64,000 nt of DNA from Methanothermococcus sp. Ax23 (lineage in GTDB: Archaea; AGJL01; Methanococci; Methanococcales; Methanococcaceae), in contig NZ_CP157522.1 of assembly GCF_049075655.1 (NCBI RefSeq), positions 416,001 to 480,000 on the forward strand. The letters run 5' to 3'. The notes beneath the pieces were generated by a model. The model was not told where the DNA came from. It saw only the letters and a list, made by a program, of their open reading frames with translations, and did not search any database. Shown in pieces: positions 21,630 to 32,840 of the stretch. A program made the position numbers and the translations under genes. Numbering within the stretch: position 1 is the first letter of the stretch; the number at the start of each line of letters is the position of its first letter.

Positions 21630-22308
21630 TAACATAGAAAAAGCTATTAATGATTTAAAAAATGGAAAAATAATATTAATTTACGATAGCGACGATAGGG
21701 AAGGGGAAACTGATATGGTGGTTGCCTCTGAAAAAATCACACCTGCACACATAAGAACCATGAGAAAAGATGGTGGTGGATTAATTTGCACGGCAATCCA
21801 TCCAGATTTTTGTAAATCAATAGGTATTCCATTTATGGTGGATGTTCTTGATTACGCCTCTGAAAAATTCCCAGTATTAAAGGAGCTCTATCCAAATGAC
21901 ATACCTTATGATGAAAAATCATCATTCTCTATCACAATAAATCATAGAGAAACCTTTACAGGTATTACCGATAATGACAGAGCTCACACCATAAAGAAAT
22001 TTGCGGAGCTCTGTAATGAAAAAAGATTCGGTGATTTTGGAAAAGAGTTCAGAGCTCCGGGACATGTGGTTCTATTGAGGGCTGCCGAAGGACTTGTAAA
22101 AAATAGAAAAGGACATACGGAGATGACCGTTGCACTTGCTGAGATGGCAGGATTAACCCCAATCACCACAATTTGCGAGATGATGGGGGACGATGGAAAT
22201 GCCATGAGTAAAAGCGAAACAAAAAAATATGCTGAAAAAAATAATTTAGTTTATTTAAGTGGTGAAGAGTTGATAAACTACTATCTTGAACACATTGAAG
22301 AAAAATAA
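21622..22308 (+). CDS. ribB: 3,4-dihydroxy-2-butanone-4-phosphate synthase
   Basis: [41 protein letters not shown]. Confidence 0.96.
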   Translation: MNNNIEKAINDLKNGKIILIYDSDDREGETDMVVASEKITPAHIRTMRKDGGGLICTAIHPDFCKSIGIPFMVDVLDYASEKFPVLKELYPNDIPYDEKSSFSITINHRETFTGITDNDRAHTIKKFAELCNEKRFGDFGKEFRAPGHVVLLRAAEGLVKNRKGHTEMTVALAEMAGLTPITTICEMMGDDGNAMSKSETKKYAEKNNLVYLSGEELINYYLEHIEEK

Positions 22309-22379
22309 AATATTAATAAATAATAATTATAGAATTTTTATTTTCATTACTTTATTTTTATATAATCCCTTTTAAATGA

Positions 22380-22865
<486 letters not shown>

Positions 22866-22902
22866 CAACTAAATAATTAATAAAATACTCTGCAATTGAA
22901 TA

Positions 22903-23005
22903 GTGAAGTACCCCTTCCTTACGGAAGGGGCTTCCTGCATCATCCATCTCTTAACAGAGCATGTCAGACAGGCTCACCCCCGCCTTCCGCAGGTGCGTAG
23001 TGTAT
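22903..23005 (-). ncRNA. probable TnpB omega/reRNA scaffold
   Basis: GC-rich segment between tnpB stop and right end (CCTGCGGAAGGCGGGG..TGCAGGAAGCCCCTTCC), the usual position of the TnpB guide scaffold. Confidence 0.6.
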
Positions 23006-24168
23006 TTATAATCCAATTAGGTTCTGTCTGTCCAAAGCAAACTTTTTAATATTAACCGCCGCATTAACATCCCTATCATGCTCAGTATTGCAGACAGGAC
23101 ACTTCCAAACTCTATTCTTTAAGTCCAAATTACCATTATAATACCCACAAACAGAGCATATTTTACTGGAAGGTTCAAACCTACCTATTTTTATTATGGT
23201 CTTTCCAAACTTCTCAGCTTTATACATTAGTTTAGATACAAAAGAAGACCATGCTACATCAAGAATTGATTGGGCTAAATTGTGATTCTTAACCATTCCT
23301 TTAACATTCAAATCTTCCAACGCTATGGCTTGGTTTTCCGTGCAAATCAAAGATTTGCAGGACACAAAAATCTTCGATTTTTGCTGTCGCCAATTAATTT
23401 AAAAGAGAGTTTGTGTTGGAAGTCATTCCTTTGATTAGTAATTTTCTCATGTAATTTAGCAAGTTTTAACCTTGCTTTCTCTCGGTTTTTAGAACCTTTT
23501 TGTTTTCTTGAAAGTCTTTTTTGTAATACTTTTAACCTCTGCAAACTCTTTTTGAGATGCTTTGGATTATCTATTTTCTCACCGTTTGATAATATGCAAA
23601 AGTGAGTAATACCTAAATCGATACCTATTGTGGTTTCCTCATTGAATGGTTGTTTTTTAGGAATTGGTTTTCCATCCTCTACTATAATACTTATGAAGTA
23701 TTTACCTGTTGGAGTTTTTGAGATTGTTACTGTTCTCATTTCCCCTTCGAATTTCCTGTGGAGTTTAGCTTTAACCCATCCTATTTTGGGTAGAAATACT
23801 TTGTTATTCTCCCAGTCCAGTTTATAATGTTGGGGAATTTGGAAGGATTGTCTGGGATGTTTTTTGGATTTGAATCTTGGGAAGGATGATTTCCTTCTGA
23901 AAAAGTTGGTAAATGCCCTCTCCAAGTTCAGAGTTGCCCCCTGCAATGATTGGGAGTTTATTTCTTTTAACCATGGGAATTCTTTTTTTAGTGTTGTTAT
24001 GGTTTTGTTTAGTTGGAATCGTGATATTGCCTTGCCTGTTTGTTCGTAAGATTGGATTTTAAGATTTAATGCCCAATTATAGATGAATCTACATGCTCCA
24101 ATGTGTTTGTGGATTAGTGTTTTTTGTTCTTTGTTAGGGTGTAATCTGAACTTGTATGCTGTTAGCAT
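23006..24168 (-). pseudogene. tnpB: tnpB disrupted by a 50-bp hairpin insertion
   Basis: MLTAYKFRL HTH and GIDLG in ORF 23347-24168; ALEDL, CSVC..CPVC, DRDVNAA in ORF 23006-23365. Removing 23337-23386 restores ..KLIGENQAIALEDL.. as one 370-aa ORF. Confidence 0.9.
23337..23386. repeat. 50-bp double triloop-hairpin insertion
   Basis: TGCAAATC-AAA-GATTTGCA and (GACA)CAAAAATC-TTC-GATTTTTG(C-TGTC). Confidence 0.85.
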
Positions 24169-24259
24169 TTTATCACGATGTATTATTTATGTTAAGTATT
24201 TTAGTTGCTGTATTATTTATAATTTTTGGTCAGCTCTCATCCCGCCCTTACGAACGGGG

Positions 24260-24350
24260 GATGTCTGAGCGGAGCGAAGACATTTTAAAATCACCAACTT
24301 TGTTGGTGAGTAATGGAGCTCTGCTCCATCTGAACCGCAGGTTTTTATAA
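24260..24350. repeat. hairpin-cassette insertion inside the IS left end
   Basis: ATGTCT-GAGCGGAGCGA-AGACAT, TCACCAAC-TTT-GTTGGTGA, ATGGAGC-TCT-GCTCCAT, AACC-GCA-GGTT; absent from the equivalent left end near 16.8 kb. Confidence 0.75.
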
Positions 24351-24394
24351 ACTTCTCGCCGACATTAGATAAATAAAATAACTATCATTATTAT

Positions 24395-24994
24395 TTATTT
24401 ACTATATTTTATTAATTTCATGTTGCTTCCCCAAAAACAGGCATGAAATGGATAAAAATCATTTCCTTTGCCGTTGCCATCTACTCGGTATACTGGAATA
24501 TTCTGTTTTTCGGTTATTTTAGCCAGTAAATTATTTACTTGATTAATCCTTTGATTATAAAGTTTTTTATTGATTCCACTATTACCACCCCATGCCTTGA
24601 TGATATGGTCGCTTTCTTTCACCAATGATTTGATATATCTATCATTTTCCAAACCTACCACATAATCCAAGCCATATGTCATTAGGGCATTATTCACATC
24701 CTTTGCATCTGTGGCACGGTATGCAAATATGTTTAAAATATTTAAATACGCCACATCGTGGAATTTTTCATAAACATATTTTTCCACCCTCCTTATTGTA
24801 TTATCTGCCTTTTTCTCGTCTGCTGATGAAGGATTTTTTAAAATTACAGTCATTGTATTTTTGTAATTTTCCCTATCTTTATATTTCATTTCCAAAGTAT
24901 ATCGGTATATCCTGTCTTCCGAAAATACTGCATTTATATTTTTGACATCTATAGCTTCAAAATGTTTAACCTGCCTACCTATTCTGGGGCTCAT
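24395..24994 (-). CDS. DUF1643-family protein
   Basis: FSEDRIYRYTL, ILKNPSSAD..DNTIRR, NIFAYRATD, KAWG. Confidence 0.8.
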   Translation of the reverse strand: MSPRIGRQVKHFEAIDVKNINAVFSEDRIYRYTLEMKYKDRENYKNTMTVILKNPSSADEKKADNTIRRVEKYVYEKFHDVAYLNILNIFAYRATDAKDVNNALMTYGLDYVVGLENDRYIKSLVKESDHIIKAWGGNSGINKKLYNQRINQVNNLLAKITEKQNIPVYRVDGNGKGNDFYPFHACFWGSNMKLIKYSK

Positions 24995-25029
24995 ATTTTA
25001 CCCTTTTTGTAGTTATTATATAGATATAC

Positions 25030-28000
25030 TTAATTCGGGTTAATTCCTATTATTAACCCTTCAACTGTCGATATATTTGTTTTTATTATAATGTTTTTTG
25101 TCTCATTTATATTAATTGCATTAAATTTGAACCAATAGATATTTCCATAAATTCCATTCTCATTATAATCCCCACTTATATTTATTACATTTATACCATT
25201 AGGTTTATCCCAATAAACATAAACATTTTGTGTATTGTTGTATAATATTAGAGATACATTATAACCTTCATTTGTCAACTCTATTGATGCCTTCAAATTA
25301 CAATATCTTAAAATTTCATAATCTGGTCCAAATTCTGATGTCCCAATATTTGGAAGCGTTGCCGTTGCAGTAACTAATGCTCCATTTTTAATCATTTTTC
25401 CAGATACATCTATTATCCCCTCAAAGTTTCCACTCTTATCTGCTGTGAGAGCTCCCAAATATATCCAGCCCTCACCATAGTAGTTGGATAAAACACTTCC
25501 ATCCGATGATATATCATTACCCATTAGATTATCTCCACCGATTAAGTTCGTTACAAGATAAATTTCCACTGTTGCATATGCAAATCCCGAAGAGCTCCCT
25601 TGTGTTTCGTTGCCTATAAACCCTCTTATGTGTAGATGAGTTCCGTCAAAGTAAGCACGAGTTATAACTGGATAATCAATACCATAGTTGGGTTGTGATG
25701 AATTGAATTGTCCGTCGTTGAGGGTTATATAATCATTGAGGAAATCAATTGCTATCTTTCCAGAGTTAATGATTGAGTTCTTTGTTATGACTATATTCTT
25801 TGCACAAGGATTATCTTCTTTATAATGGGACATTACTATGGCAGAGCCCTTTGCATTTCTTATGAGGTTGTATCTTATTATTACATCTTTTGTATATTCC
25901 CCCAAGCTTATCGCCGTCGAATTTCGTGTATCATATGTAATAATTGTATTATCTTCGACTATCAAGTTAAAAACATTGGCGCTTCTTGTTTCAATGCATG
26001 CCCATCCAATTGTATCAATATCCCGTGGCTTATTGCCGCCGCATATATAGTTGTGGTTTATAACTCCTGAAATAGTACTATATGAACCAAACATAATACT
26101 TGGAGTCCAATAACTCCAGATGATATTCTCTTCAATCAGTATGTTTTCCAATTCGCCATCACGACCTAAAAGTATTGGATGGTTTCTTGATAATAAGTTG
26201 TGTATTATTTTCAAATCACTGCAATTTGCAGGATCCCTACTGTCAATTGCTACCCATGAATTGGAAATGAATGTTCCATTTGGATATGCATTAAGAATTG
26301 TATTTTTTATGGTTATATTTTGTCCCCCAACCAAGATTGCTGCTCCAGTATCATCGCTCCAATCGCTAAATTCTCCACCATATATGCTAATATTAAGTAC
26401 CTTGGAGTTATTTGCACAAACTTTGAGAACATTTGTATCAACATTATTTCCATCTATTGCCAACTCAACTCTCTTTATTGCTGTGATTGTGTATTCGTCT
26501 CCACTATCAGGAATTGCATCTTGGCCAATTCCAACTCTTGTTTCCGAATATGCATCTCCGGGGTTATCATCCCTTACAGTTCCATTTGGATAATAAGCAG
26601 TTCCATCTATTATTGTATAGTCATCGGTTATATATGGCAGAGCTCCGATTGTTTTATTTATCTTTATAGTCCACCATACTCCATTTATATCTTGACCATT
26701 TGGATGAACCATTGGAACAAATTTCATATAATTTGCTCCTTGGATTGCATTTGCATTGATTATAAACTGTCTTAGTGTTCCTTGTGCATATCTTGAATTT
26801 GTTGTATTATCAGCATCGTCGTCCCTTGTGTTAACAATTACATCAAAACTATATCCAAAATCAATAGATTCCCCTTTGTAATTTGACGTATTTACTACAA
26901 TATAATGCTCACAAATCCCATCGCTCCAATCATCTGACTGTGAGGCATTCTGTCCCCCGAATTTTTGAATTATTGCCCAATTTGTTCCATTCCATTCTGT
27001 TTGATACGTTTCTTCTGCCCAAATATCATTTATCGTATATCCATTATTTAGCCCCCTTGTTGTATTAACTGTTTTCGAATTTACAACTACAAAGTAAATT
27101 CCATTTCCATTGAATGTAAAGTTATAGTTTCCTGTTGAGTTGGTTGAGGTATTATATAACCATAAATCATTAGCATCTGGCTTATTGTTTCCATTCGAAT
27201 CCTTAACTAAACTTACATTTACATTGGGGATTGGCACATCGGAAGAATCATTAACTCCCAATATTCCAAAATCCTCATATATTGTTCCGTTTAGGATTAT
27301 TCCCCCAACTTGAATTTTAGTAATATTTATAATATTTGTAAGATTATTTTTTAAACTAATATTTACGGTGTAATCGCCTCCATTATATGCAACTATTGTA
27401 AAATTTATTTCCTTTGTTTCATTTGGAGAAATACAATTAATTATTTTAGATGTATAATTACATTCTAATTCATTTGGCAATTCAACTGATACATTTGAAT
27501 TATTTAAATTATAATTTTCCGTATTTTTTATATAAATTGTTAAATTGAAAGTTTCCCCGACATTAACAGTTTTATTATATGCATAAACATTTATATTTTT
27601 TGTATTTTGTTGAATTTCGTATTCATCACTCGTCATATATATTGGATTTGTTGCTCCAATCCGGTATAAGTTTCTATTTGAATAACGTATTTTTCCAATA
27701 GAGTCATTAAATGTATTATTTGTCTCGGTTATTATGATTTTATAGATTCCACATATATTCGAATTTACACTTATAGTTTCCCAAATGTTATTGCCTGTCA
27801 GAATATTGTTATAATATAATGTTCCGTTTGGATAATAAATACTAACATTTAAATTGTCACCATCATAAATAGCAAATTTAAAATTTCCATCTGATTTAAC
27901 ATAATACGATTCGTTACATAATTTATTCGTGTTATATCCCAACATATAAATGAACGGACTTACTAAAAACTTTTCTCTGTTTATAATTGTCATATTGGTA

Positions 28001-30201
28001 AATGAAAGCAGCTTATTTGAAACTTTTAATCTATAATAATCCCCACGTGGATATGTACATGTTGTGTATATTTTAAACTTCCACCATCCATAAATACCAT
28101 TGGTGTTAATTGTAAAGTTGTCCCAAGTGTTTGTAAATCCCCTCGTAGAACCTATCGTAGAGTGGTATGTTCCATAATTCGTCCCATTGGGATAATATAC
28201 ATCTAATTTTATCGAATCCATATCTTCAATAGATATAGTAAATGATGATCTACCATAAGGAACTAGTGTTTTATACCAGTGTTCGAGTATTTTATTTCCA
28301 CTATTGTCTTTTAATCCCACAGTTGCTATATTTGATTCATCAAATCCAACCTGCCCAAGACCTCCATCGTCCACTATAACTCCATTGGTTTTTCCATCAT
28401 CATCCCCGAGAGCTCCATCTTCAAGTGTATATATAATTGTAGTCCTATATTTCCTCATAGGTATGTTGTACCATTTCAATGTATTTGGATTGAATTTATG
28501 ATAACCTATTTTTCTATCCTCTGCTGAAAATTTTGGGTAAGTTATTTTAACCTTGACTTTATACCCTTTTGGAATATCAGTAATTTTAAATTTAATTAAA
28601 TTATATGGTAAGTTGACATTGCTTTTAATGGGAATATTGTCTTTATCAACAAAATACAAATAATCAAATTTTCCTTTATCAATTTTTACGGTAAGGTTAT
28701 ATAATCCATTTCCTTTTGAATCATATATGTGTAAAATTCCAGTTTTATTACCATCCATAAATTCTGTTTTTACATTAAATTTTGGAATATAGAGTTTAAA
28801 TGAGCCTGTAATTTTTCCACTTTCTTTTTTACATTTATCGGTTCCCCCATCTTTTAAGAATATAACAACATGCTTTCTATCCTTTAAAATTGTGTAATTT
28901 ATTGGAGTTAATTTTCCACTAACATTCTCCCAATAATATATATACATGCCTTGTGGAATTTCAAAAGGTAATTCAATAGTTAGATTAACAGCGCGACTCC
29001 CTGAAAGATTATTAATTTCAAAGAAAACATTATCGTTAATATCAATGTCGAATTTTTTAAATTTTCCCTGATTTATATAAAAGTTGAATGGCAGATTATT
29101 ATAAATAACTGTTTTTTTATCAGTATAATTTTTTGTAGTGATTCCCATATACGGCAAATATATTGTTTTATTCAACGTCTCGTTATTGAATTTTGAATAA
29201 AGAACAATCGTGGTGTTTAGCAATAATGGATATATAATATATTCCGAATTATCCAATTTTTTTATAGATATATCTACTTTTTTGTTTAACATTGTTGTTG
29301 CTGTGAGCTCACCATTTGTAGATATTTTCAACTTATAATTTTCAATAGATATGTTTAAATAATGTTTTTCCTTTGGTTTGGTGTAATTTAAAAATATCGT
29401 TTTATTTAGTGTTTCATTGCTAAATTTAGAATAAATTATAATTGTATTGTTCAATATTAATGGATAAACTCGATATAAATCATATCCAATTTCTACTATA
29501 TTTGTCGATATATTTATAGAATCATATATAACATGTAATTTTCCATTAGTTTTTATTTTTAACGAATTGTTTTCATATTTTGTAATTAAATATGGTTTAT
29601 CTGTTCTTGTGATAGAAGTATGGTTTAAACTACAATTTAAGAATACAGTCTTACTAAGTATTTTATTTCCACCATATTTGGAGCAAATATTTATTGGAAC
29701 ATTTAATACTACGGGATGTACCACATATTCATTACTATCTATTTTTATAAATTCCAAAGGTATATCATTCTTTATAGATTGATGATTTTGTGGTGGGGAG
29801 ATATATCCAAAAGGTTCCCCATCTGTTTTTATTGTTATTTTATAACCTTCAATTTTAACATCTAAATAATTATTATTCGTTGAGTTTGTATTTTTAGTTT
29901 TGGTGGAATTATTTGTTTTATTGGTCGTTGTTAATTTAAAGTCATTGTCGCTTTCTGATTTATCTATATTATCAGTCAGACTTTCCGAGTTGTTACTAAT
30001 ATATATATCTGTTTGATTATATACCATAGTTCCATTTGATTGAGTTATTAGCTTATTGGACTCATTAAAATCATTTATACTATTATTTATGGCACTTATG
30101 TGACATGTGATATTTGAAAAATTTACTTCACCACCAATAACGGAGTTTAAAAATACCATGCCAAAAACAACAATTACCAATATTATTTTTAAGTTAATCA
30201 T
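25030..30201 (-). CDS. giant secreted multidomain adhesin-like surface protein (~1720 aa)
   Basis: Signal peptide; three ~80-aa repeats (..YPLILN..SKF.NETLNKTI.L); choice-of-anchor-U-like LEDGALGDDDGKTNGVIVD; DUF11-like Ig domain; SdrD-B-like domain; GTLRQFIINAN and beta-helix region; ends IIGINPN; many N-x-S/T sequons. Confidence 0.75.
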   Translation of the reverse strand: MINLKIILVIVVFGMVFLNSVIGGEVNFSNITCHISAINNSINDFNESNKLITQSNGTMVYNQTDIYISNNSESLTDNIDKSESDNDFKLTTTNKTNNSTKTKNTNSTNNNYLDVKIEGYKITIKTDGEPFGYISPPQNHQSIKNDIPLEFIKIDSNEYVVHPVVLNVPINICSKYGGNKILSKTVFLNCSLNHTSITRTDKPYLITKYENNSLKIKTNGKLHVIYDSINISTNIVEIGYDLYRVYPLILNNTIIIYSKFSNETLNKTIFLNYTKPKEKHYLNISIENYKLKISTNGELTATTMLNKKVDISIKKLDNSEYIIYPLLLNTTIVLYSKFNNETLNKTIYLPYMGITTKNYTDKKTVIYNNLPFNFYINQGKFKKFDIDINDNVFFEINNLSGSRAVNLTIELPFEIPQGMYIYYWENVSGKLTPINYTILKDRKHVVIFLKDGGTDKCKKESGKITGSFKLYIPKFNVKTEFMDGNKTGILHIYDSKGNGLYNLTVKIDKGKFDYLYFVDKDNIPIKSNVNLPYNLIKFKITDIPKGYKVKVKITYPKFSAEDRKIGYHKFNPNTLKWYNIPMRKYRTTIIYTLEDGALGDDDGKTNGVIVDDGGLGQVGFDESNIATVGLKDNSGNKILEHWYKTLVPYGRSSFTISIEDMDSIKLDVYYPNGTNYGTYHSTIGSTRGFTNTWDNFTINTNGIYGWWKFKIYTTCTYPRGDYYRLKVSNKLLSFTNMTIINREKFLVSPFIYMLGYNTNKLCNESYYVKSDGNFKFAIYDGDNLNVSIYYPNGTLYYNNILTGNNIWETISVNSNICGIYKIIITETNNTFNDSIGKIRYSNRNLYRIGATNPIYMTSDEYEIQQNTKNINVYAYNKTVNVGETFNLTIYIKNTENYNLNNSNVSVELPNELECNYTSKIINCISPNETKEINFTIVAYNGGDYTVNISLKNNLTNIINITKIQVGGIILNGTIYEDFGILGVNDSSDVPIPNVNVSLVKDSNGNNKPDANDLWLYNTSTNSTGNYNFTFNGNGIYFVVVNSKTVNTTRGLNNGYTINDIWAEETYQTEWNGTNWAIIQKFGGQNASQSDDWSDGICEHYIVVNTSNYKGESIDFGYSFDVIVNTRDDDADNTTNSRYAQGTLRQFIINANAIQGANYMKFVPMVHPNGQDINGVWWTIKINKTIGALPYITDDYTIIDGTAYYPNGTVRDDNPGDAYSETRVGIGQDAIPDSGDEYTITAIKRVELAIDGNNVDTNVLKVCANNSKVLNISIYGGEFSDWSDDTGAAILVGGQNITIKNTILNAYPNGTFISNSWVAIDSRDPANCSDLKIIHNLLSRNHPILLGRDGELENILIEENIIWSYWTPSIMFGSYSTISGVINHNYICGGNKPRDIDTIGWACIETRSANVFNLIVEDNTIITYDTRNSTAISLGEYTKDVIIRYNLIRNAKGSAIVMSHYKEDNPCAKNIVITKNSIINSGKIAIDFLNDYITLNDGQFNSSQPNYGIDYPVITRAYFDGTHLHIRGFIGNETQGSSSGFAYATVEIYLVTNLIGGDNLMGNDISSDGSVLSNYYGEGWIYLGALTADKSGNFEGIIDVSGKMIKNGALVTATATLPNIGTSEFGPDYEILRYCNLKASIELTNEGYNVSLILYNNTQNVYVYWDKPNGINVINISGDYNENGIYGNIYWFKFNAININETKNIIIKTNISTVEGLIIGINPN

Positions 30202-31413
30202 ATACAACACCATGCATGCCATTCAAGTATCTAAAATATCCATTCCATTTTTTTAATTGCATATTAATAATCGATTAACTATACGACCCAACACTTGGAT
30301 AAACTCGCCCCCATATTAAAAAAGATTTATTATCCCCTTATTCACTATCATCTACTCCACAATTGGAGTTTATGTAGTATATTATTTTATTACCCTCTTC
30401 ATAACTATCCACAATCCCCAATTCCACCATTTTTCTTAAATTATATCTCACAGTTTCAACAGGCATGTCTAAATCTTTGGATATTTTTCGTAAATAGGCA
30501 GGGTTTTTTAATAAATACTCAAAAATCTTTTTTGAAGTTTTATTATTTAAATATGAAAGTGGCAAATCTCTAATATCCATGTCTTTTGGATAATATATAA
30601 CTTTATTTCCTACATTCTTATTTCGAATTAAGTCTGCTTTTTCAAGTATTCTTAAATGCCATGTAATCGTGCTCATACTTTTGTTTAAATTTTTTGCCAT
30701 CTCCCTTAAATGTATTCCTGGATTATTTATTATGTGATTGTAAATCTCTTTTCTAGTGTCATTTGAAAGAACTTTTTCTTTATTATTGGTTGGTACTCTT
30801 CCAATAATGATTATCAAATGAGCTCCGAATTTTAATATAATTTCTTTGGCTCTTTGGGATGCAATGCTTAAATAAGATATTGTTCCAAGCAATAAAGTAC
30901 CAAATATCAACCCATAAGGAATATTTTTAATCATAAAAATATATATTAAATTATATAAAACTTCCTTATTTGGTTTAAAACCACAATATATTTTATTATT
31001 TAATTTAACACATGCCGGAGAACCATCACTATATGTTGCAATAACTTCTCCTTTTTTTGGGAGTTTATACTTTGCCACCACAACTGATGATTTATAATTT
31101 AATGGATCGGTTTTCCAATTTATCAAGGTTATTGTTTCTTTATTTAGATTAGTCGAACCATTTATTGGAATAAAAAGTATAGCATTTTTATTTGTTTCAA
31201 CTGTTTTATTTGATATTAAAACATCATAATCCTTTTTATCCAATATAAACCCCATATTATTTAATAAAGATTTATTTATTCCAATAACTTTGATTCTCAC
31301 AGGGCTTATATAATAGTCTTTTGGAGTATTCACATAAAATGTTGGATTATGTTCCTTATCATATTCTAAAAAGAACGTAGTATTATAACTCATTTTTGTT
31401 ATTTCATATATAT

Positions 31414-32342
31414 TAGTGTGGGTCATATTACACTCTAACCTCTAATACCTTCATATAAGGATAACCTCTGGTAATGAGATTATATAGTGCTAAAACCTGT
31501 GCAGAAACTACTGCACAGAGACAGAATACTTTTTTACGAATATAACCTTTGATATTAATCCAAAACTTATTCATAAATCGGTTCTTTAATATTGAATTGG
31601 TGTGCTCTATTTTAACTCTTATCTTAGAAACTTCCGAAGGAAGTTTCTTTTTATTTTTCCTACCCAATCTCCGTGGATTATGTGCTGTTATTAGTTCATT
31701 TTTGTATAATTCTATCGCTTTTTTTTAAATCTTTTGAATCATAGCCTGCATCTGCACAGGACTTTTTGGTAGGTACTAATAATTTATCAGCTACTTTACA
31801 ATCGTGAGTATTTGCTGTGGTAAATTCTGCTCTTAATGGTATTCCTAACTTATCTACTGCTAAATGTAATTTAAAGCCTTTAAACATTCCTACACTGTTA
31901 TATCCTATCTTTCCCTCAATATCTGTTTCGTCTTTTATTGGAGTGCTATCGTATATTGACCATTCAGGATTATTTAGTTCAATATATTTATCACCTAATA
32001 AAGTAATTATTGCATGCAATTCTTCATCTAGGGATTTTTTCCATCTATCGATGGTTCTTCTACCAGGGCAGGATTTAAATCCTAATGCAGTTAAAATCTG
32101 TGGATTATTTTGTAAGTGTAATACTAACGCTCTATTTGAATGTATGCCTTTTAAAAAGGCATACACTAATAGTTTAAGCCTCAACTCTAAATTATATCCT
32201 TTTCTCCCTACCTTTCTTCGTTTAGGGATTCGGTCAATTAAATCTGATGTAATTATCTCATTTACCACTTCCTCAGCCTTCATATTATCGTCTTTTTTAT
32301 AATATTATATTTAGTATAGGTTATATATTTTGACCCATACTA
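31414..32342 (-). mobile_element. ~930-bp DDE insertion sequence (IS5/IS4-like superfamily) with 16-bp direct repeats
   Basis: TIRs TAGTGTGGGTCA (31414) / TGACCCATACTA (32331-32342); GTTATTTCATATATAT at 31398-31413 and 32343-32358. Confidence 0.88.
31428..32283 (-). pseudogene. DDE transposase, frameshifted in an A8 run
   Basis: DUF772-like N-terminus, DSTP, GFKLHL, ANTHD, ADAGYDS, then RVKIEHTN in another frame; A7 instead of A8 at 31719-31726 gives a continuous DLKKAIELYKNELITAHNPRR. Confidence 0.85.
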
Positions 32343-32439
32343 GTTATTTCATATATATTATAAAGATTATCGGCCCCATGGATGCTTACCATACTACTCA
32401 ATGCTATTAAATATATAAATATAATAATTAATTTCATAA

Positions 32440-32838
32440 TTAATCCTCCACATAAATTAATGGATGATACAACAGCAAATATAATCCATATGCCAAGAAA
32501 ATCACGCCGATAAGTCCGATTGCTACTGCAAATATAGCATTTATGAAATTTATTATGGGGTTATTTATCATAAAAATCCATAATATCTCATATAATATAA
32601 CAAAAATAGAAACACATATTATTGCTTTAATATTCCTTTTCTTTCTGATTTTATTAATCTCTTGAAGCTTTTTTATGGTGTTTAAGGTATATATTATGTC
32701 GTTTATTCGATTTACTACCTTTTTTCTCTGGGACTCATCAATTTTTTTGATATAATATACATTTAATAAATCATTGTTAATTTTTCTAATAGTTATATGT
32801 GGAACCAATTCGCCAAATTTCTTTTTTTTATTTGTCAT
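32440..32838 (-). CDS. small membrane protein (two C-terminal TM helices)
   Basis: Basic N-terminus and two hydrophobic segments; 2-nt spacing to both neighbours. Confidence 0.65.
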   Translation of the reverse strand: MTNKKKKFGELVPHITIRKINNDLLNVYYIKKIDESQRKKVVNRINDIIYTLNTIKKLQEINKIRKKRNIKAIICVSIFVILYEILWIFMINNPIINFINAIFAVAIGLIGVIFLAYGLYLLLYHPLIYVED

Positions 32839-32840
32839 GA

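Larger units (their letters stand above)
22903..24368 (-). mobile_element. IS200/IS605-family solo tnpB element, inactivated
   Basis: Left end after TTAT (24372-24369), CTAATGTCGGCGAGAAG, same spacing as the 16.8-kb element; right-end hairpin CCCCTTCC-TTAC-GGAAGGGG then TTCAC. Confidence 0.82.
30338..32437 (-). pseudogene. membrane-anchored tandem winged-HTH regulator interrupted by an IS
   Basis: Signal peptide MKLIIIFIYLIALSSMVSIHG from ATG 32437 (GGAGG RBS) joins in frame to ..NIYEITKMSYN.. once the IS and one direct repeat are removed; the body has a TM and two wHTH domains (TRKEIYNHIINNPGIHLRE; YLRKISKDL..VRYNL). Confidence 0.85.

Noticed and set aside
31428-31667. 79-aa ORF as an independent gene
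   Set aside because: It is the frameshifted C-terminus of the transposase, carrying the catalytic-Glu region R..IE..N.
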